Virus genome (UHGV): UHGV-0117053
DNA length: 64,000 nt
Direction: 5' to 3' (one strand)
Source of the DNA: a virus
Numbering within the stretch: position 1 is the first letter of the stretch; every line of letters starts with the position of its first letter. The translations under genes and the position numbers were made by a program. A model generated the notes under the pieces. The model was not told the origin of the DNA and ran no database searches. It worked only from the letters and a program-made list of their open reading frames with translations. Positions 11,055 through 21,008 of this stretch are shown here, piece by piece.

Positions 11055-11566
11055 GCCGCGTTTCCTTCTTTCTTATTAACAATTACACCGTCATATATTT
11101 CATTAAGGTGCCCTCTTAACTCCATGCGCCTTAATGCAGATAACATGTAATCGCATTCAACCTGCTTATTTCCAGTAAATGGCTTATCGTCAGGATTACC
11201 CCAACAGCAATTACCCTTGGGCCACCCATGTACTTTCCGTACTCTTCCGTTAACAACGTGAAGTAATCCCCAGCCAGGTGGTAAATCCTCAATTGAAATA
11301 ATTCCCGGCTCACTAATAAAGAATCGCCAGTCGCCCATTCCAAGAGACGGATTTTTACGAAAACGCTTTTTTCTATCTGCCAACAAGTCAGCACGAGAAC
11401 ATTTCGCCTCTATCAGGCATGATGCTGAATTTCTGAATCCCATAGCATCTGGCTGTTCTCCGGTACTGGTTACAGCTATAAAGCGGTCATGAAAACAAAC
11501 CTTGAACCCGTTGCGCTTAAGGAACTTGTACGCAATCTGACAGAGTTCGCGGTGTGTTAACGCCAT
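11051..11566 (-). CDS. PD-(D/E)xK-like nuclease-fold protein (about 171 aa)
   Basis: AAGGAG RBS then ATG 11566; N-terminal GEQPD-x12-EAK motif suggests a restriction-endonuclease-like fold. Confidence 0.55.
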   Translation of the reverse strand: MALTHRELCQIAYKFLKRNGFKVCFHDRFIAVTSTGEQPDAMGFRNSASCLIEAKCSRADLLADRKKRFRKNPSLGMGDWRFFISEPGIISIEDLPPGWGLLHVVNGRVRKVHGWPKGNCCWGNPDDKPFTGNKQVECDYMLSALRRMELRGHLNEIYDGVIVNKKEGNAA

Positions 11567-11567
11567 A

Positions 11568-11756
11568 TCACTCTCCTTTAGTGCGCAAGTGGTTTTTCCA
11601 GCGGTTTTGCGCCGCGCTGGGCTTTTTGCAAAAACCACAATCCATCATCCCGTAATATTTCATCAACCCCATCCGTCGGTTGCTGAGTCTCACCCACTGC
11701 CAGACGCCAGGAGCGTTTCTACGAACTAACAGAATCTTTGCTTTACGGTTTTTCAT
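11568..11756 (-). CDS. Small basic protein (62 aa), MKNRKAK N-terminus
   Basis: Track ORF; start overlaps the stop of an upstream paralog. Confidence 0.4.
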   Translation of the reverse strand: MKNRKAKILLVRRNAPGVWQWVRLSNRRMGLMKYYGMMDCGFCKKPSAAQNRWKNHLRTKGE

Positions 11757-11929
11757 CTTACAGCGTACCCTTTCTTCCGCCTGTTCTGTGACGCAGTAGG
11801 CTTACGCTTTGCGGCAAAAGCCACCTGACCAAATGGATGGAGTACCGCTATCTTATGGTTGCTAATAACCAGCTCCACCACACGCACAGGTCGCTGTAAA
11901 AAAAGTCGTTTTGCCTTACGGTTTTTCAT
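11753..11929 (-). CDS. Small basic protein (58 aa), paralog also starting MKNRKAK
   Basis: AGGAGA RBS, ATG 11929; stop overlaps the next start (ATGA); found by hand translation. Confidence 0.35.
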   Translation of the reverse strand: MKNRKAKRLFLQRPVRVVELVISNHKIAVLHPFGQVAFAAKRKPTASQNRRKKGYAVR

Positions 11930-12101
11930 AGCTTTGCTCTCCTGCGTCTCTTTGCTGCTCGTCGTGCCGCTGCAATACCGGTATGGCGGCGCTTTGGTGC
12001 CGGGATGATGTTGTCAGCCATCAGGACATGTGGCTTTGCAATTAGCGCAGAAGCCCAAAAACGAGTCGGGTACGGTAACAAGCCGATACATGCCACACGC
12101 A

Positions 12102-12791
12102 CTACTCACCTCCGTTGATGCGAATGCCAGCGGCACGGGAATCATTCCATCGCTTTACTTCTTCACGAATTACGTCAATGCATTCTTTCGAATCCATTAG
12201 GTAATCTTCATCAAAAAGCCTTTCCTGTTCGTTTTCTATCGCAACAATGATTGCTTCAACTAACTTTTGTGCCTGAGAACCACTTTCTAACTCTGCAATG
12301 CGCTTCTCTGCGGCTTCCAGCTTCTCGCGCATATCGTCAACGTACTCGACCAGAGATCCGCCAGCAGGAATTTCGCACTCCTCGACCAGTTGGAAGTAGA
12401 TATCAGCTGCGGCCCGTGTGTTGCTATGCCTAGCGTCGCCCATCTCACCTTCACGAAGAGCATCGCGTTCGGCGGTAAGATTGGCTATTTTGCTGTCTTT
12501 GCCTTCCAGCTCAACGCGAAGCCTCCCTACCGTTAGCGCAATTTCCTCGTTCTCCTGGTCACGGCGTTTGATGTATTGCTGGTTTCTTTCCAGTTCATCC
12601 AGCAGTGCCAGCACGGTTTCTGGTCCGGCCAGAAATTTGAAGGCGTTGAGCGCATCAATATCCACACCGTAATCTTTAAGTTCCTGTTCGCTTATCAGAT
12701 CATCATCAACTGGCAACATTAACAGGCGTTCCATTGCCGGAATTGCACGTTCTGCCGCCTCACGCAGTGCCTGATAGTTAATTTTGGTCAT
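12102..12791 (-). CDS. Ea22/ead-like early protein (229 aa)
   Basis: MTKINYQALREAAERA... N-terminus and coiled-coil core typical of Ea22-like prophage proteins. Confidence 0.65.
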   Translation of the reverse strand: MTKINYQALREAAERAIPAMERLLMLPVDDDLISEQELKDYGVDIDALNAFKFLAGPETVLALLDELERNQQYIKRRDQENEEIALTVGRLRVELEGKDSKIANLTAERDALREGEMGDARHSNTRAAADIYFQLVEECEIPAGGSLVEYVDDMREKLEAAEKRIAELESGSQAQKLVEAIIVAIENEQERLFDEDYLMDSKECIDVIREEVKRWNDSRAAGIRINGGE

Positions 12792-12792
12792 A

Positions 12793-13092
12793 TCACATCA
12801 CCCTGAAGCCGTTGCATTTACGTAAAAAATCGCAGATATAGCCCTTCATTTTTTCGTGCCAATCTCGATCATTCCCATTGCACCAACCATCAGGTGGAGT
12901 CCAGTTTTCTATCAGAGCAGCCATTTTCTTTGCTTTCGCCGGAGTAGCTGTTGCGGTATCGCAGTAATGACGAGTGTCAACCAACGTATCCATACCATCG
13001 ATATCAAGTACGCAAAACCATGTGTGATTCGGCATTTCAACAGATGGTATTTGTTGCCCACGTCGACGTTTATCAATAAGACATACAGTCAC
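12793..13092 (-). CDS. Hypothetical protein (99 aa)
   Basis: Track ORF with GTG start, wedged between two Ea22-like genes. Confidence 0.4.
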   Translation of the reverse strand: MTVCLIDKRRRGQQIPSVEMPNHTWFCVLDIDGMDTLVDTRHYCDTATATPAKAKKMAALIENWTPPDGWCNGNDRDWHEKMKGYICDFLRKCNGFRVM

Positions 13093-13802
13093 TGGTTGCC
13101 TCCTTTGCGAAGCTGGGCAGCAAAGTCAACTAACCACTCAGTCATTTCAACCTTCCCTACCCGGTCTGAACCAGGGTGCATACAGCAATCACTCTGCGCC
13201 GCTTTGAAATCCTTATACTCATATTCTTGGGCCACCAGATTTTTTGCAGCTTCTATAGCAGCATCCACCCCCTGCGCCCGAACTTCAGCCAGGAAAGCGT
13301 CGGTGGCTGGAATTTGCGGCATCCCTCCGTCTGTTGCGCAGATATACGCATCAGATATTTCATCCTGCTGGCCATCAAACACGTAGCAACAGCCCCTGAT
13401 AAACAGCTTCATTGAGGCATTCTCCACTGCCAGCGCCGTGCGATTACCATCCAGCTCTGCAATGCGCTGTTTTGCGGCATCCAGTTCAATCGACAATTTT
13501 TCCAACTGCTCTTGATGCTTCTTGTATTCCTGATATGCGTGCCAAGACTGACCTTTGCGCACACTATCAGTGATATCAGTAATCTGTTCTGGTGTTAGCG
13601 TGGTCAGTGGCTGTGATGGGAAAATAAGCACTTTCCCGGAATCCCAATCAAAACCAGCGTGAATTGACTGAACCTCAACTGAAGGTGTTGAACCAATGCT
13701 GCCAGGCGAATGAACAACGATTGTTACATCCATATCGCGACGATGGCTGTGGTTGTTGGACAAAATACGATTCACCAACTCAGAAAATTTGGAAAATTTC
13801 AT
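13089..13802 (-). CDS. Ea22-like protein (237 aa), C-terminal module shared with 14086-14796
   Basis: Shares PATDAFLAEVRAQ... and the tail AAQLRKGGNQ with neighbouring paralogs. Confidence 0.6.
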   Translation of the reverse strand: MKFSKFSELVNRILSNNHSHRRDMDVTIVVHSPGSIGSTPSVEVQSIHAGFDWDSGKVLIFPSQPLTTLTPEQITDITDSVRKGQSWHAYQEYKKHQEQLEKLSIELDAAKQRIAELDGNRTALAVENASMKLFIRGCCYVFDGQQDEISDAYICATDGGMPQIPATDAFLAEVRAQGVDAAIEAAKNLVAQEYEYKDFKAAQSDCCMHPGSDRVGKVEMTEWLVDFAAQLRKGGNQ

Positions 13803-14122
13803 GCTGATTCCCCTTTCTCTGCTCTCTCCTGTCGGAACATCACTATCATCAGGTCGCCTTTTGTCGCTATCCTGGCTGTTGTACCTGGTTCAATGCGGCT
13901 AAGCTCAAATGCGTCATAGAACGCTTCTAATGCCTTCTGGCGTAGTTCCTGTTTGCGCCGTTTTTTCCACTGTTTTAGGAAAATGGAACCCAGCCATCGC
14001 CATGTACGGGACATGATGTAAAGCCAACCGAGAAGTGCCAGACCGGTATTTAGGAGCGTATCGATCGTTATTGTCGTGTCGATATTCACTGGCTGCTTCC
14101 TTTGCGAATCTGTTCCGCCCAT
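13799..14122 (-). CDS. Small predicted membrane protein (107 aa)
   Basis: Track ORF with ATG start and a hydrophobic segment LLNTGLALLGWLYIM; overlaps the upstream gene by 36 nt. Confidence 0.35.
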   Translation of the reverse strand: MGGTDSQRKQPVNIDTTITIDTLLNTGLALLGWLYIMSRTWRWLGSIFLKQWKKRRKQELRQKALEAFYDAFELSRIEPGTTARIATKGDLMIVMFRQERAEKGESA

Positions 14123-14796
14123 TCTTCAAGGGATTTCTCCGCATATTCACCAGACAGGCCATCAATCGGATGCGCTTCATTAGCCAACTCTTCTTTCGCT
14201 GACAAAATCATGCGTGTAACGTCGAAAACTTCACGCAAAGACTTATTGATAAATCCGTGATTGAACGCAGCAGCAAGACGGCTGGCGGTATAGTTAATCC
14301 CCTCGTTGCGTGCTTCCGCACGAATTTCAGCCAGAAAAGCATCGGTAGCTGGAGTTTCGCTGTGGTATAGGGCATCGTTGATAATCATTGCAGCAACACC
14401 AGCCTGCCCTGCATCCGTGACCGACACATGCTCAAGAGTTACGGCCATTGCGTGTTTCAGCCCGGCGTTCTCTGCCACCAGCGCCGCGAGATTAGTCTCA
14501 AACTCCGCAATACGGCATGTGGCATCAATATTTGTGTCCTCCAGGTGCTTAATTTTATCCAGTAGCGCCAGCGCAACTTTTGGTGGGATAGCCGCGATAT
14601 AACGGGCATTGGCACCAGCATTCCTTTGTCCATCAATGCCAGGCCAGTCAATAAAGTATCCGCAATGCCTACCCTCAGACGTGCGCGCAGGATAAATGCC
14701 GTTATGACCCGGCAAAATATATGCTACCCATTCATCTTGCGTTGCCTGTTCCGCTGCTTCGCGCAGTTCTTGATAGTCAATTGTCATTCTCGCCAT
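14086..14796 (-). CDS. Ea22/ead-like protein (236 aa)
   Basis: MARMTIDYQELREAAEQA... N-terminus; C-terminal tail EQIRKGSSQ. Confidence 0.65.
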   Translation of the reverse strand: MARMTIDYQELREAAEQATQDEWVAYILPGHNGIYPARTSEGRHCGYFIDWPGIDGQRNAGANARYIAAIPPKVALALLDKIKHLEDTNIDATCRIAEFETNLAALVAENAGLKHAMAVTLEHVSVTDAGQAGVAAMIINDALYHSETPATDAFLAEIRAEARNEGINYTASRLAAAFNHGFINKSLREVFDVTRMILSAKEELANEAHPIDGLSGEYAEKSLEEWAEQIRKGSSQ

Positions 14797-15464
14797 CCTT
14801 CACAGTTGTAATCACTACAGCCTTCAAAATCATATGGGCTGTACTGCCAGGTGATTTTTCCGCAATGCGGACAATTCCAGCGCACCTTCCCGCTTCGTGA
14901 CTTCTTTCTTCTGTTTTGCTTTTTCAACCAGTCAGGCATGATCAAACCTGCGCCCTGAACCATTGTTCTGCGGTTAAAATTATTGATATTGAACGTCCGC
15001 CGCTTTGCTGCATCGGCAATGGAAAATGGCAACCAAACTATTCCTGGTTCGTTTTTGTTGGCGACGCTAAAGATGGTTGCTTTACTGAAGTCATCGGTTG
15101 GCAATCCACCGTGTTGAAGCCAGTAAACATCGTTGCCGTTCCAGCTACCTTTTTTGTAGGCCACATACGCAGTGCAATCTGACTCAATCAGGCTTTCTGT
15201 AGGGATGTACTGGCAATCAACGTGCCACACAGCCATTGCATCCACACTATCGGCACAAACAGGCTGATCGATATCTCGCCCACAATTCCAGGCTTTTTGG
15301 GCTTCTTCCAGCGTGTAAACATGAGCGCGATCGATATCAGAGCTATAACCATTGCCGTTATGGCAATGGAATGAGGCGTTATTACCCACAGTTTCACGCA
15401 AGCACATCATGTAAAAACGGTTACTCACTGGTTGCCTCCTTGGCGGAGTTGCGCTGCGATGCAT
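14784..15464 (-). CDS. Zinc-ribbon protein (about 207-226 aa), unknown function
   Basis: C-terminal CPHCGK...C...C motif; likely start at the internal MMCLRET (about 15410). Confidence 0.5.
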   Translation of the reverse strand: MHRSATPPRRQPVSNRFYMMCLRETVGNNASFHCHNGNGYSSDIDRAHVYTLEEAQKAWNCGRDIDQPVCADSVDAMAVWHVDCQYIPTESLIESDCTAYVAYKKGSWNGNDVYWLQHGGLPTDDFSKATIFSVANKNEPGIVWLPFSIADAAKRRTFNINNFNRRTMVQGAGLIMPDWLKKQNRRKKSRSGKVRWNCPHCGKITWQYSPYDFEGCSDYNCEGWRE

Positions 15465-15664
15465 GAAAAAAAAGACTCCCGAGTGTGACAGTTAAGAGCT
15501 GGTGCGAACGCCGCGTTAAGAACGGCGGCATCACAGCCGTCATCAATATAGAGCGCAATTTTTTTCTCCAGGCGCGCTTTGGCTTCCTGCAACTGCATAC
15601 CCCGGCACGCACGCGGGATATAATCAGCAATTTGAGCGATAGCTTTTTCGTTCTGTTTAAACAT
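15425..15664 (-). CDS. Small protein (79 aa) ending AAQLRQGGNQ
   Basis: Track ORF; carries the same C-terminal tail as the Ea22-like paralogs. Confidence 0.4.
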   Translation of the reverse strand: MFKQNEKAIAQIADYIPRACRGMQLQEAKARLEKKIALYIDDGCDAAVLNAAFAPALNCHTRESFFSCIAAQLRQGGNQ

Positions 15665-15860
15665 GCTTCACCTCGATAGGCTTGATGGTGTCTAACAGCA
15701 GTCGGCGGCGCGTATTTTCTGCAAAATGGCGGCGTCCAGTTTCTTTGTGGTAAAACTCGTTTTTGCCGACGACCCACATCCGCTCTGTTTGGTGCAGTTT
15801 TTTTACCTTCGGGCCATCTTTGGTGATCACGGTACCGGTATGGGTTTTTACGATTGTCAT
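15657..15860 (-). CDS. Small basic protein (67 aa)
   Basis: Track ORF, compactly coupled to its neighbours. Confidence 0.4.
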   Translation of the reverse strand: MTIVKTHTGTVITKDGPKVKKLHQTERMWVVGKNEFYHKETGRRHFAENTRRRLLLDTIKPIEVKHV

Positions 15861-15943
15861 GCCACTACCTATTCGAACAGATGAACGAGACAGGCCGATG
15901 CTCGTCCACCTGAAAAACTGACGATTTGATGCATACTCACGGT

Positions 15944-16672
15944 TTATTCCTGAATGCGCTTAAACTCGATTACCCACACCCAGGGATTAGCGTTCCAGCT
16001 TTCTTCACCATAGATGGATTCCCACAGGCGCTGGAACGCAACCTTGGCCATTGCGAAATCCCCCTTGGGAGTAAGGAATGTTCCCGGGTGATCAGGAAGC
16101 AAACTTCCAGCAGGCGGAACGCCCTCATCCCTTGCATCGCATTCGCTGATATCGTTCAACCGCTCAACGCGCACGTTGGTAATTTCCAACAGGATGCGTG
16201 ATGCCCATCGCGGCATGTGAATTGATGGACGCCACCCACCATCAAACTTTTCATTCACAGTGTGAGGTTTCCAGTCGGCATCATCGGGTATCGACCATAA
16301 ACCGTAATCACCAGGCTTTTGCTCACAACTGGCCCGATAAATCCTTGCTGCGTTCTTCTCATCGCCACGACAAAGGTTGTCGTTCCAGTCCACACTGCAA
16401 CCATCTTCATTGCCTAATATCGCCCATGTTTCACGAACCCAAATTCGATCGCCGACGATACCAAAGGGGCAATTGAAAACACTGCTTACACCATCAGCCC
16501 CGTACCACTGAAAACCTGCACCAATTTCCCTAACCATCACTGGTGCTTCTGGACCAACTTCCGCAGGCTGATTTTTCATTATCCGCCGCGTCTGCGTTTT
16601 CCTTCCTTCGAGGATGGCTCGGACCATCTCATCGTTGAAAATCATGCCGCGCTCTTTCACTTCGCCTTTCAT
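15944..16672 (-). CDS. ASCH/PUA-like domain protein (242 aa)
   Basis: N-terminal MIFNDEMVRAILEGRKTQTRR resembles ASCH-domain cores. Confidence 0.6.
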   Translation of the reverse strand: MKGEVKERGMIFNDEMVRAILEGRKTQTRRIMKNQPAEVGPEAPVMVREIGAGFQWYGADGVSSVFNCPFGIVGDRIWVRETWAILGNEDGCSVDWNDNLCRGDEKNAARIYRASCEQKPGDYGLWSIPDDADWKPHTVNEKFDGGWRPSIHMPRWASRILLEITNVRVERLNDISECDARDEGVPPAGSLLPDHPGTFLTPKGDFAMAKVAFQRLWESIYGEESWNANPWVWVIEFKRIQE

Positions 16673-16681
16673 GCATCCCCC

Positions 16682-16768
16682 TTACCCATGCGCGACGATG
16701 CCGCCAAAAGTGATAGAGAACAGCCAGAAATAGATCGCGGCCATAATGATTTTGAATGCCGTGTTCAT
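16682..16768 (-). CDS. Small hydrophobic peptide (28 aa)
   Basis: AGGAG RBS 9 nt before ATG; MNTAFKIIMAAIYFWLFSITFGGIVAHG; first cistron behind a C1-operated promoter. Confidence 0.3.
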   Translation of the reverse strand: MNTAFKIIMAAIYFWLFSITFGGIVAHG

Positions 16769-16850
16769 ATTTTCAGCTCCTGTGATTGATTGGATACATG
16801 CCGCGCCTTACGGCATGTTTTTATTTTCACTTTCTCTGTTTTAAAAATCA

Positions 16851-16867
16851 AGATTTATTAGAGCAAT
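16851..16867 (-). promoter_or_regulatory. C1 operator-like site
   Basis: AGATTTATTAGAGCAAT, 16/17 to consensus. Confidence 0.65.
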
Positions 16868-17373
16868 TATTGTTGATGGAGAAGCGCGTTTTCATACTCC
16901 CTGACCATTAACGTAAGTACGCCGTGACTCCTGAAAACACGCGCCACTTCAATCTTATCTTCCAGCGCGAACGCAATTTTACTTAGACCAATTTTCTTCA
17001 GGAGATCAATCTTTGCTGGACCGTCATTTCTGTCATCGGTGGCAGGACGCATAGATAGCAAAGGCTCCGCCCCATTTGTTACGTGCTTACGCAACCAGGC
17101 TCGTGTTTTATCCCTGGCTATCTCACAGCGCCCGGTTACAAACCAGAGGGTGTAAATGCCGGACAACTGGCGCACCATATCAATAACTGGAGTGATGGGA
17201 GCATCAGTGTCACAGGCAAGGTTAAACTCGTTCCAGTGCTCTGTTAATGCACCTTTGCCAGGTGGTGGAAGTAAATGCAGCCTGTCTTCCGTTGCCTCTG
17301 ATATCGTCCCATCAATATCTACTATGACGATGTACGGACGTTCCTGGTGTGCGTGTTTATTGAAAATACTCAA
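16867..17373 (-). CDS. HAD-superfamily phosphatase (168 aa), polynucleotide 3'-phosphatase-like
   Basis: YIVIVDIDGTISEA carries the DxDGT HAD motif I. Confidence 0.7.
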   Translation of the reverse strand: MSIFNKHAHQERPYIVIVDIDGTISEATEDRLHLLPPPGKGALTEHWNEFNLACDTDAPITPVIDMVRQLSGIYTLWFVTGRCEIARDKTRAWLRKHVTNGAEPLLSMRPATDDRNDGPAKIDLLKKIGLSKIAFALEDKIEVARVFRSHGVLTLMVREYENALLHQQ

Positions 17374-17445
17374 ATGCCCTCCTCATTGGACGAAAAAAAT
17401 GCTGGTGGGAGCACTCCACCAGCATTAAAAGTGACACTGTAACTA

Positions 17446-18708
17446 TCAGCGAACGTAAATAGTGCCGCCGTTCTCTTTTTCCCATGCATCGCTACGTGCA
17501 TAGCAAACATCGAGAAGTCTTCTTGCCGCAGTTTCCTCTAAACCCAATTCGACAACCAACTGCTCATGACGGCGGGTAACCACATCAAACAGGGTATGCA
17601 GCCCTTTAGTTGCCAGATCATCAATGAATTCCGGTTCGAACGGCAGCTCTGCATCTGCCAACATAACCTCTTGCGCCCACTCAACTCGACGGACCAATTC
17701 CGGGCGACGGCTTTCCATCTCTTTACAGATCAATTCATGGAAGAACTCTACCCAACCTTCCGGCTGGAACTCGCGGAAAATTGCCAACGGCTGGAAGTTT
17801 GGCATCAACCATTCGTTGATTCGGATATCAATGGCATAGCCCATGTCGCAGCAGAACTGATAAGCAAAGTCCAGCTTAGAAACGATATAAGGACGCTCGT
17901 TATTGAACTCTTTAGGCGATGAGATCCCATAAGCCAGGAGGCGCGGGAAGAAGGAGATTTGCCCTAACGTCGGATGAAGTTTGCTTGCAGGGAAACGGCG
18001 CTCAGTAATGCCATACATTTCCTTCTTGAGCGTCGCAAATTTGGCATTCTCATTAACCAGCGCGGTAACCTCTGCTTTTTTATTAGCAAATGCCACGCGC
18101 GCCTCGCTTGCATCTTTAATAGTTTTTTTGAGCTGTTGGTTAAGGTCGGCGACCTGCTTACGCAGTTCCTGTCGCTCGCTTTTAGCTTTGTTATAGCGTT
18201 TCTCAAGGTTAAAAGGATCAAGTTTCATGATCTCTTTATATTGAGATTTTAGCGTTGAAATCTGTGAGTTCCGCAGTTCAACCATCGCGGTCATTTCATT
18301 GAGTTTTGTTTCCAGCTCAATGCTTATACGTTCGGCATTATCAGCACGCTGGTTGGCGTCATGCGTCGCATCGTCGATCGCGTCCTGTTGCTGGCGTTTC
18401 AAATGTTCAATTTCCAGCTGAAGCTCTTCAATTTCTTTACCCTTCAGACCGAGATCCAACTGCATATTTTCAGCTGCATCTACCAGGGAATTATGGCTAT
18501 CAGCTTCTGCGTTATAAACATCAATAAGCTGTGCGTGAAGCATCTCCGCTGACTGAACCGCATTATCAAAAAAACGTGCTGTGAGGTCATCACAACTAAC
18601 GCGGCGTTGCGCGGCCCGGATGTTCTGGATAATGGCCGGGATACCGGCATTCAGGACATCAGGGATACATACATTTTCGATTGATTGGTTTTGTGCTGAA
18701 GTGCTCAT
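17446..18708 (-). CDS. Coiled-coil protein with a globular C-terminal domain (420 aa)
   Basis: Long heptad-rich centre (EIEELQLEIEHLKRQQQ...), then a Cys/Trp-rich C-terminal domain. Confidence 0.65.
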   Translation of the reverse strand: MSTSAQNQSIENVCIPDVLNAGIPAIIQNIRAAQRRVSCDDLTARFFDNAVQSAEMLHAQLIDVYNAEADSHNSLVDAAENMQLDLGLKGKEIEELQLEIEHLKRQQQDAIDDATHDANQRADNAERISIELETKLNEMTAMVELRNSQISTLKSQYKEIMKLDPFNLEKRYNKAKSERQELRKQVADLNQQLKKTIKDASEARVAFANKKAEVTALVNENAKFATLKKEMYGITERRFPASKLHPTLGQISFFPRLLAYGISSPKEFNNERPYIVSKLDFAYQFCCDMGYAIDIRINEWLMPNFQPLAIFREFQPEGWVEFFHELICKEMESRRPELVRRVEWAQEVMLADAELPFEPEFIDDLATKGLHTLFDVVTRRHEQLVVELGLEETAARRLLDVCYARSDAWEKENGGTIYVR

Positions 18709-18709
18709 T

Positions 18710-18928
18710 TCAAAGTTCCGTATTAGCTTGTGCTTCGGTCATTTTTCCTAAGTATGAAGGAGGAAGGACTACGCAATTTGTATCCAGTCCCTCACCTATG
18801 GCAGCCTGTAAAATTCTGGCTAAGGTGAGTCTCTTGTTGCGATACCTGGTGATGACATGCCTGATACCGCCGGTCGGCGTAACAAAGGCGATCAGCCAGT
18901 AGTGATATTTCCGTCGGAATGGCCACAT
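18710..18928 (-). CDS. Small protein (72 aa)
   Basis: Track ORF directly downstream of two C1 operator-like sites. Confidence 0.4.
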   Translation of the reverse strand: MWPFRRKYHYWLIAFVTPTGGIRHVITRYRNKRLTLARILQAAIGEGLDTNCVVLPPSYLGKMTEAQANTEL

Positions 18929-18942
18929 AGTGCACCTTGTAG

Positions 18943-18959
18943 ATTGCTCTAATAAAAAA
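18943..18959 (+). promoter_or_regulatory. C1 operator-like site
   Basis: ATTGCTCTAATAAAAAA: first 14 nt match the consensus. Confidence 0.55.
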
Positions 18960-18991
18960 CGTGATGAGTGTACATCACGTTTTAAAAATAT

Positions 18992-19008
18992 GGAATTATT
19001 AGAGCAAT
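18992..19008 (-). promoter_or_regulatory. C1 operator-like site, inverted partner of 18943-18959
   Basis: GGAATTATTAGAGCAAT; core TTAGAGCAAT intact. Confidence 0.5.
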
Positions 19009-19009
19009 A

Positions 19010-19711
19010 TTATTCTGATTCTCGCTCAAAAAATGAGCTGATAAGGGGAAGCCAATCCTCTGACACTTCGCGAGGTCGCGGTTTGCCGTGGAAAAAGATT
19101 ATTCGGCAGTCTTTTGGTAATGCCCCATTCCCCCTGGAGTAACGCGCGCTCGCATATTTTGAACCAGGTTCGACAACATCGGCCTTGTAACTTACAAACC
19201 ATCCTGGATACAGATCCTGAAATGCTGGTGTATCATCGCCCATAACCTTTCGTAAGAACCCCTGGTCACCCCAACACTCAGTAGTGACACAACGAGAAAT
19301 CCAACCTTCCGGATCTTGCCAGAATGAACTCCAGATATGCGCTTTAACACTATTTGGTATCCACAGGGCACCGCTGCCACGATATTGTGGATGGTAAAAA
19401 TCCCTAAGCATGGTGAAGCTGGTTGGTGGATGCTCTAGGATTGGGCGTATATCACCGGCAATAACCGTGTCCAAATCCAGATAGAACAGATCATCGGTTA
19501 TATCCGGTCGGAACAACTCGATTTTCGCCCACCAGCCACGGCACTTTTGCCACTGGTTGATCAATGGGACAACTTTGACGCCAGGTACATGTAAACGCTT
19601 CAGGTCTGTCAGGCAAATAATTTCATAGCCTTTTGGCAGTTGATTAACCAGCCACTGCACATCGGAAGCGTTATAGTCACCACCAGAGCGAAAAACTAAA
19701 GCAATCTTCAT
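19010..19711 (-). CDS. Putative GT-A type nucleotide-sugar transferase (233 aa)
   Basis: N-terminal beta-strand KIALVF and a DLD (DxD-like) motif in [11 protein letters not shown]; assignment tentative. Confidence 0.5.
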   Translation of the reverse strand: MKIALVFRSGGDYNASDVQWLVNQLPKGYEIICLTDLKRLHVPGVKVVPLINQWQKCRGWWAKIELFRPDITDDLFYLDLDTVIAGDIRPILEHPPTSFTMLRDFYHPQYRGSGALWIPNSVKAHIWSSFWQDPEGWISRCVTTECWGDQGFLRKVMGDDTPAFQDLYPGWFVSYKADVVEPGSKYASARYSRGNGALPKDCRIIFFHGKPRPREVSEDWLPLISSFFERESE

Positions 19712-20400
19712 GCTGCACCATCACCTTTCACTTTCATCAATGTCAGGTTTCCGCAAAATACGGCACCAGTGTCGATATACTGCTGATTCCAGAATGTCTT
19801 CGGGCTTTTCACCGGAGTGTGACCAAAGATAAAACGATCTGCGCCCGAAATTTCGCCACCAATATCATCCATCGAATCACTGATACGCTCGCGCTCCCAG
19901 ACAACGTTGAAAAGCGGCACCTCCTTACCGAATTGGTATTCATTATCCGGATAGTCGGCATGGGCTATAACGATAGTTTCTTGCCCCGTGTTCAACTCAA
20001 TGATATAGGGCAGACGCTTTACCAGCTCCACCAGCGCCCAGGCTAATATTTCCTGATCAGTGTCCAGCATGAAGAACCATTGTCCGCCATTCATTAGCCA
20101 GTTATTCACGTTGCCATCTGGACTTAACGCATCAATCATCAGCCGCTCATGGTTCCCCATCACTGCCCTGAACCAGGGCATCTGCAATAGTTCCAGACAT
20201 TCGACATTTTCAGTACCGCGATCGATAAGGTCGCCGACCGATATCAGTAAATCCTGCGCCGGGTCAAAATCCACACGATGGAGTTCGGACATCAGTCTGG
20301 TGTAGCAACCATGCAGATCACCAACAACCCAGACATTCCTGTATTTGGTACCGTCGATACGGTGATAAATTGTGGGTGCCATCATGTATTCTTCAGCCAT
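19708..20400 (-). CDS. ppp: Ser/Thr protein phosphatase, lambda-PPase-like metallophosphoesterase (230 aa)
   Basis: GDLHG, GDLIDRG and GNHE metallophosphatase motifs. Confidence 0.85.
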   Translation of the reverse strand: MAEEYMMAPTIYHRIDGTKYRNVWVVGDLHGCYTRLMSELHRVDFDPAQDLLISVGDLIDRGTENVECLELLQMPWFRAVMGNHERLMIDALSPDGNVNNWLMNGGQWFFMLDTDQEILAWALVELVKRLPYIIELNTGQETIVIAHADYPDNEYQFGKEVPLFNVVWERERISDSMDDIGGEISGADRFIFGHTPVKSPKTFWNQQYIDTGAVFCGNLTLMKVKGDGAA

Positions 20401-21008
20401 TCTTTAAGAGTCATCTGCGGAATACCTCCCATTTTCCCGCATGAAACAACGTCAATCTGTTCACGCGCAGACTGGAATAACAAAGGCAGGTGACTTAGAT
20501 TTTTTGGCGTGCCGCCGGAGTGAACGCGTAGTTCTTGCGTAGCGTCAACGCCCACCAGAGCTACATGTTTGAATCCGATATGGAAAGCCAGGTTCAGAGC
20601 ACCATATGCACTATTGCCGCTGGCAATTTCATTCTCATCTTCGCAAAGGCCGAAATGTGCGGACCAGCGCCACGCCCACCACTCGGGAGAATTCGTATTT
20701 TTTGGCTCCATGCCGCGTTCAGCCACACGACGGAAGCACAGAACGCCATCTCTGACTTCACGTTCTTTAACATCGGGTAGTGCCATGCAATAACAAACAC
20801 CACGGCGACGGCGGCCACGACCAACGCGCCGCATATTGTCTGGGGATGGATCAAGGGTGAAAAAATAAGAAGCGCGGTTAAGCCAGTCGATGGCCCCATT
20901 GACCGCTATAATCGGCACTCCGCGCGGCGCAACAAAGTTTGCGGCGCTTGGGCCACTGCCGACGATAATAACGCGATCACTGCCTCTAAATTTATTCTTG
21001 GGAAACAT
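20382..21008 (-). CDS. Rossmann-like protein with GSGPS motif (208 aa), possible GT42/DUF115-type transferase
   Basis: [14 protein letters not shown]...IIAVNGAI; paralog of the adjacent upstream gene. Confidence 0.55.
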   Translation of the reverse strand: MFPKNKFRGSDRVIIVGSGPSAANFVAPRGVPIIAVNGAIDWLNRASYFFTLDPSPDNMRRVGRGRRRRGVCYCMALPDVKEREVRDGVLCFRRVAERGMEPKNTNSPEWWAWRWSAHFGLCEDENEIASGNSAYGALNLAFHIGFKHVALVGVDATQELRVHSGGTPKNLSHLPLLFQSAREQIDVVSCGKMGGIPQMTLKEWLKNT

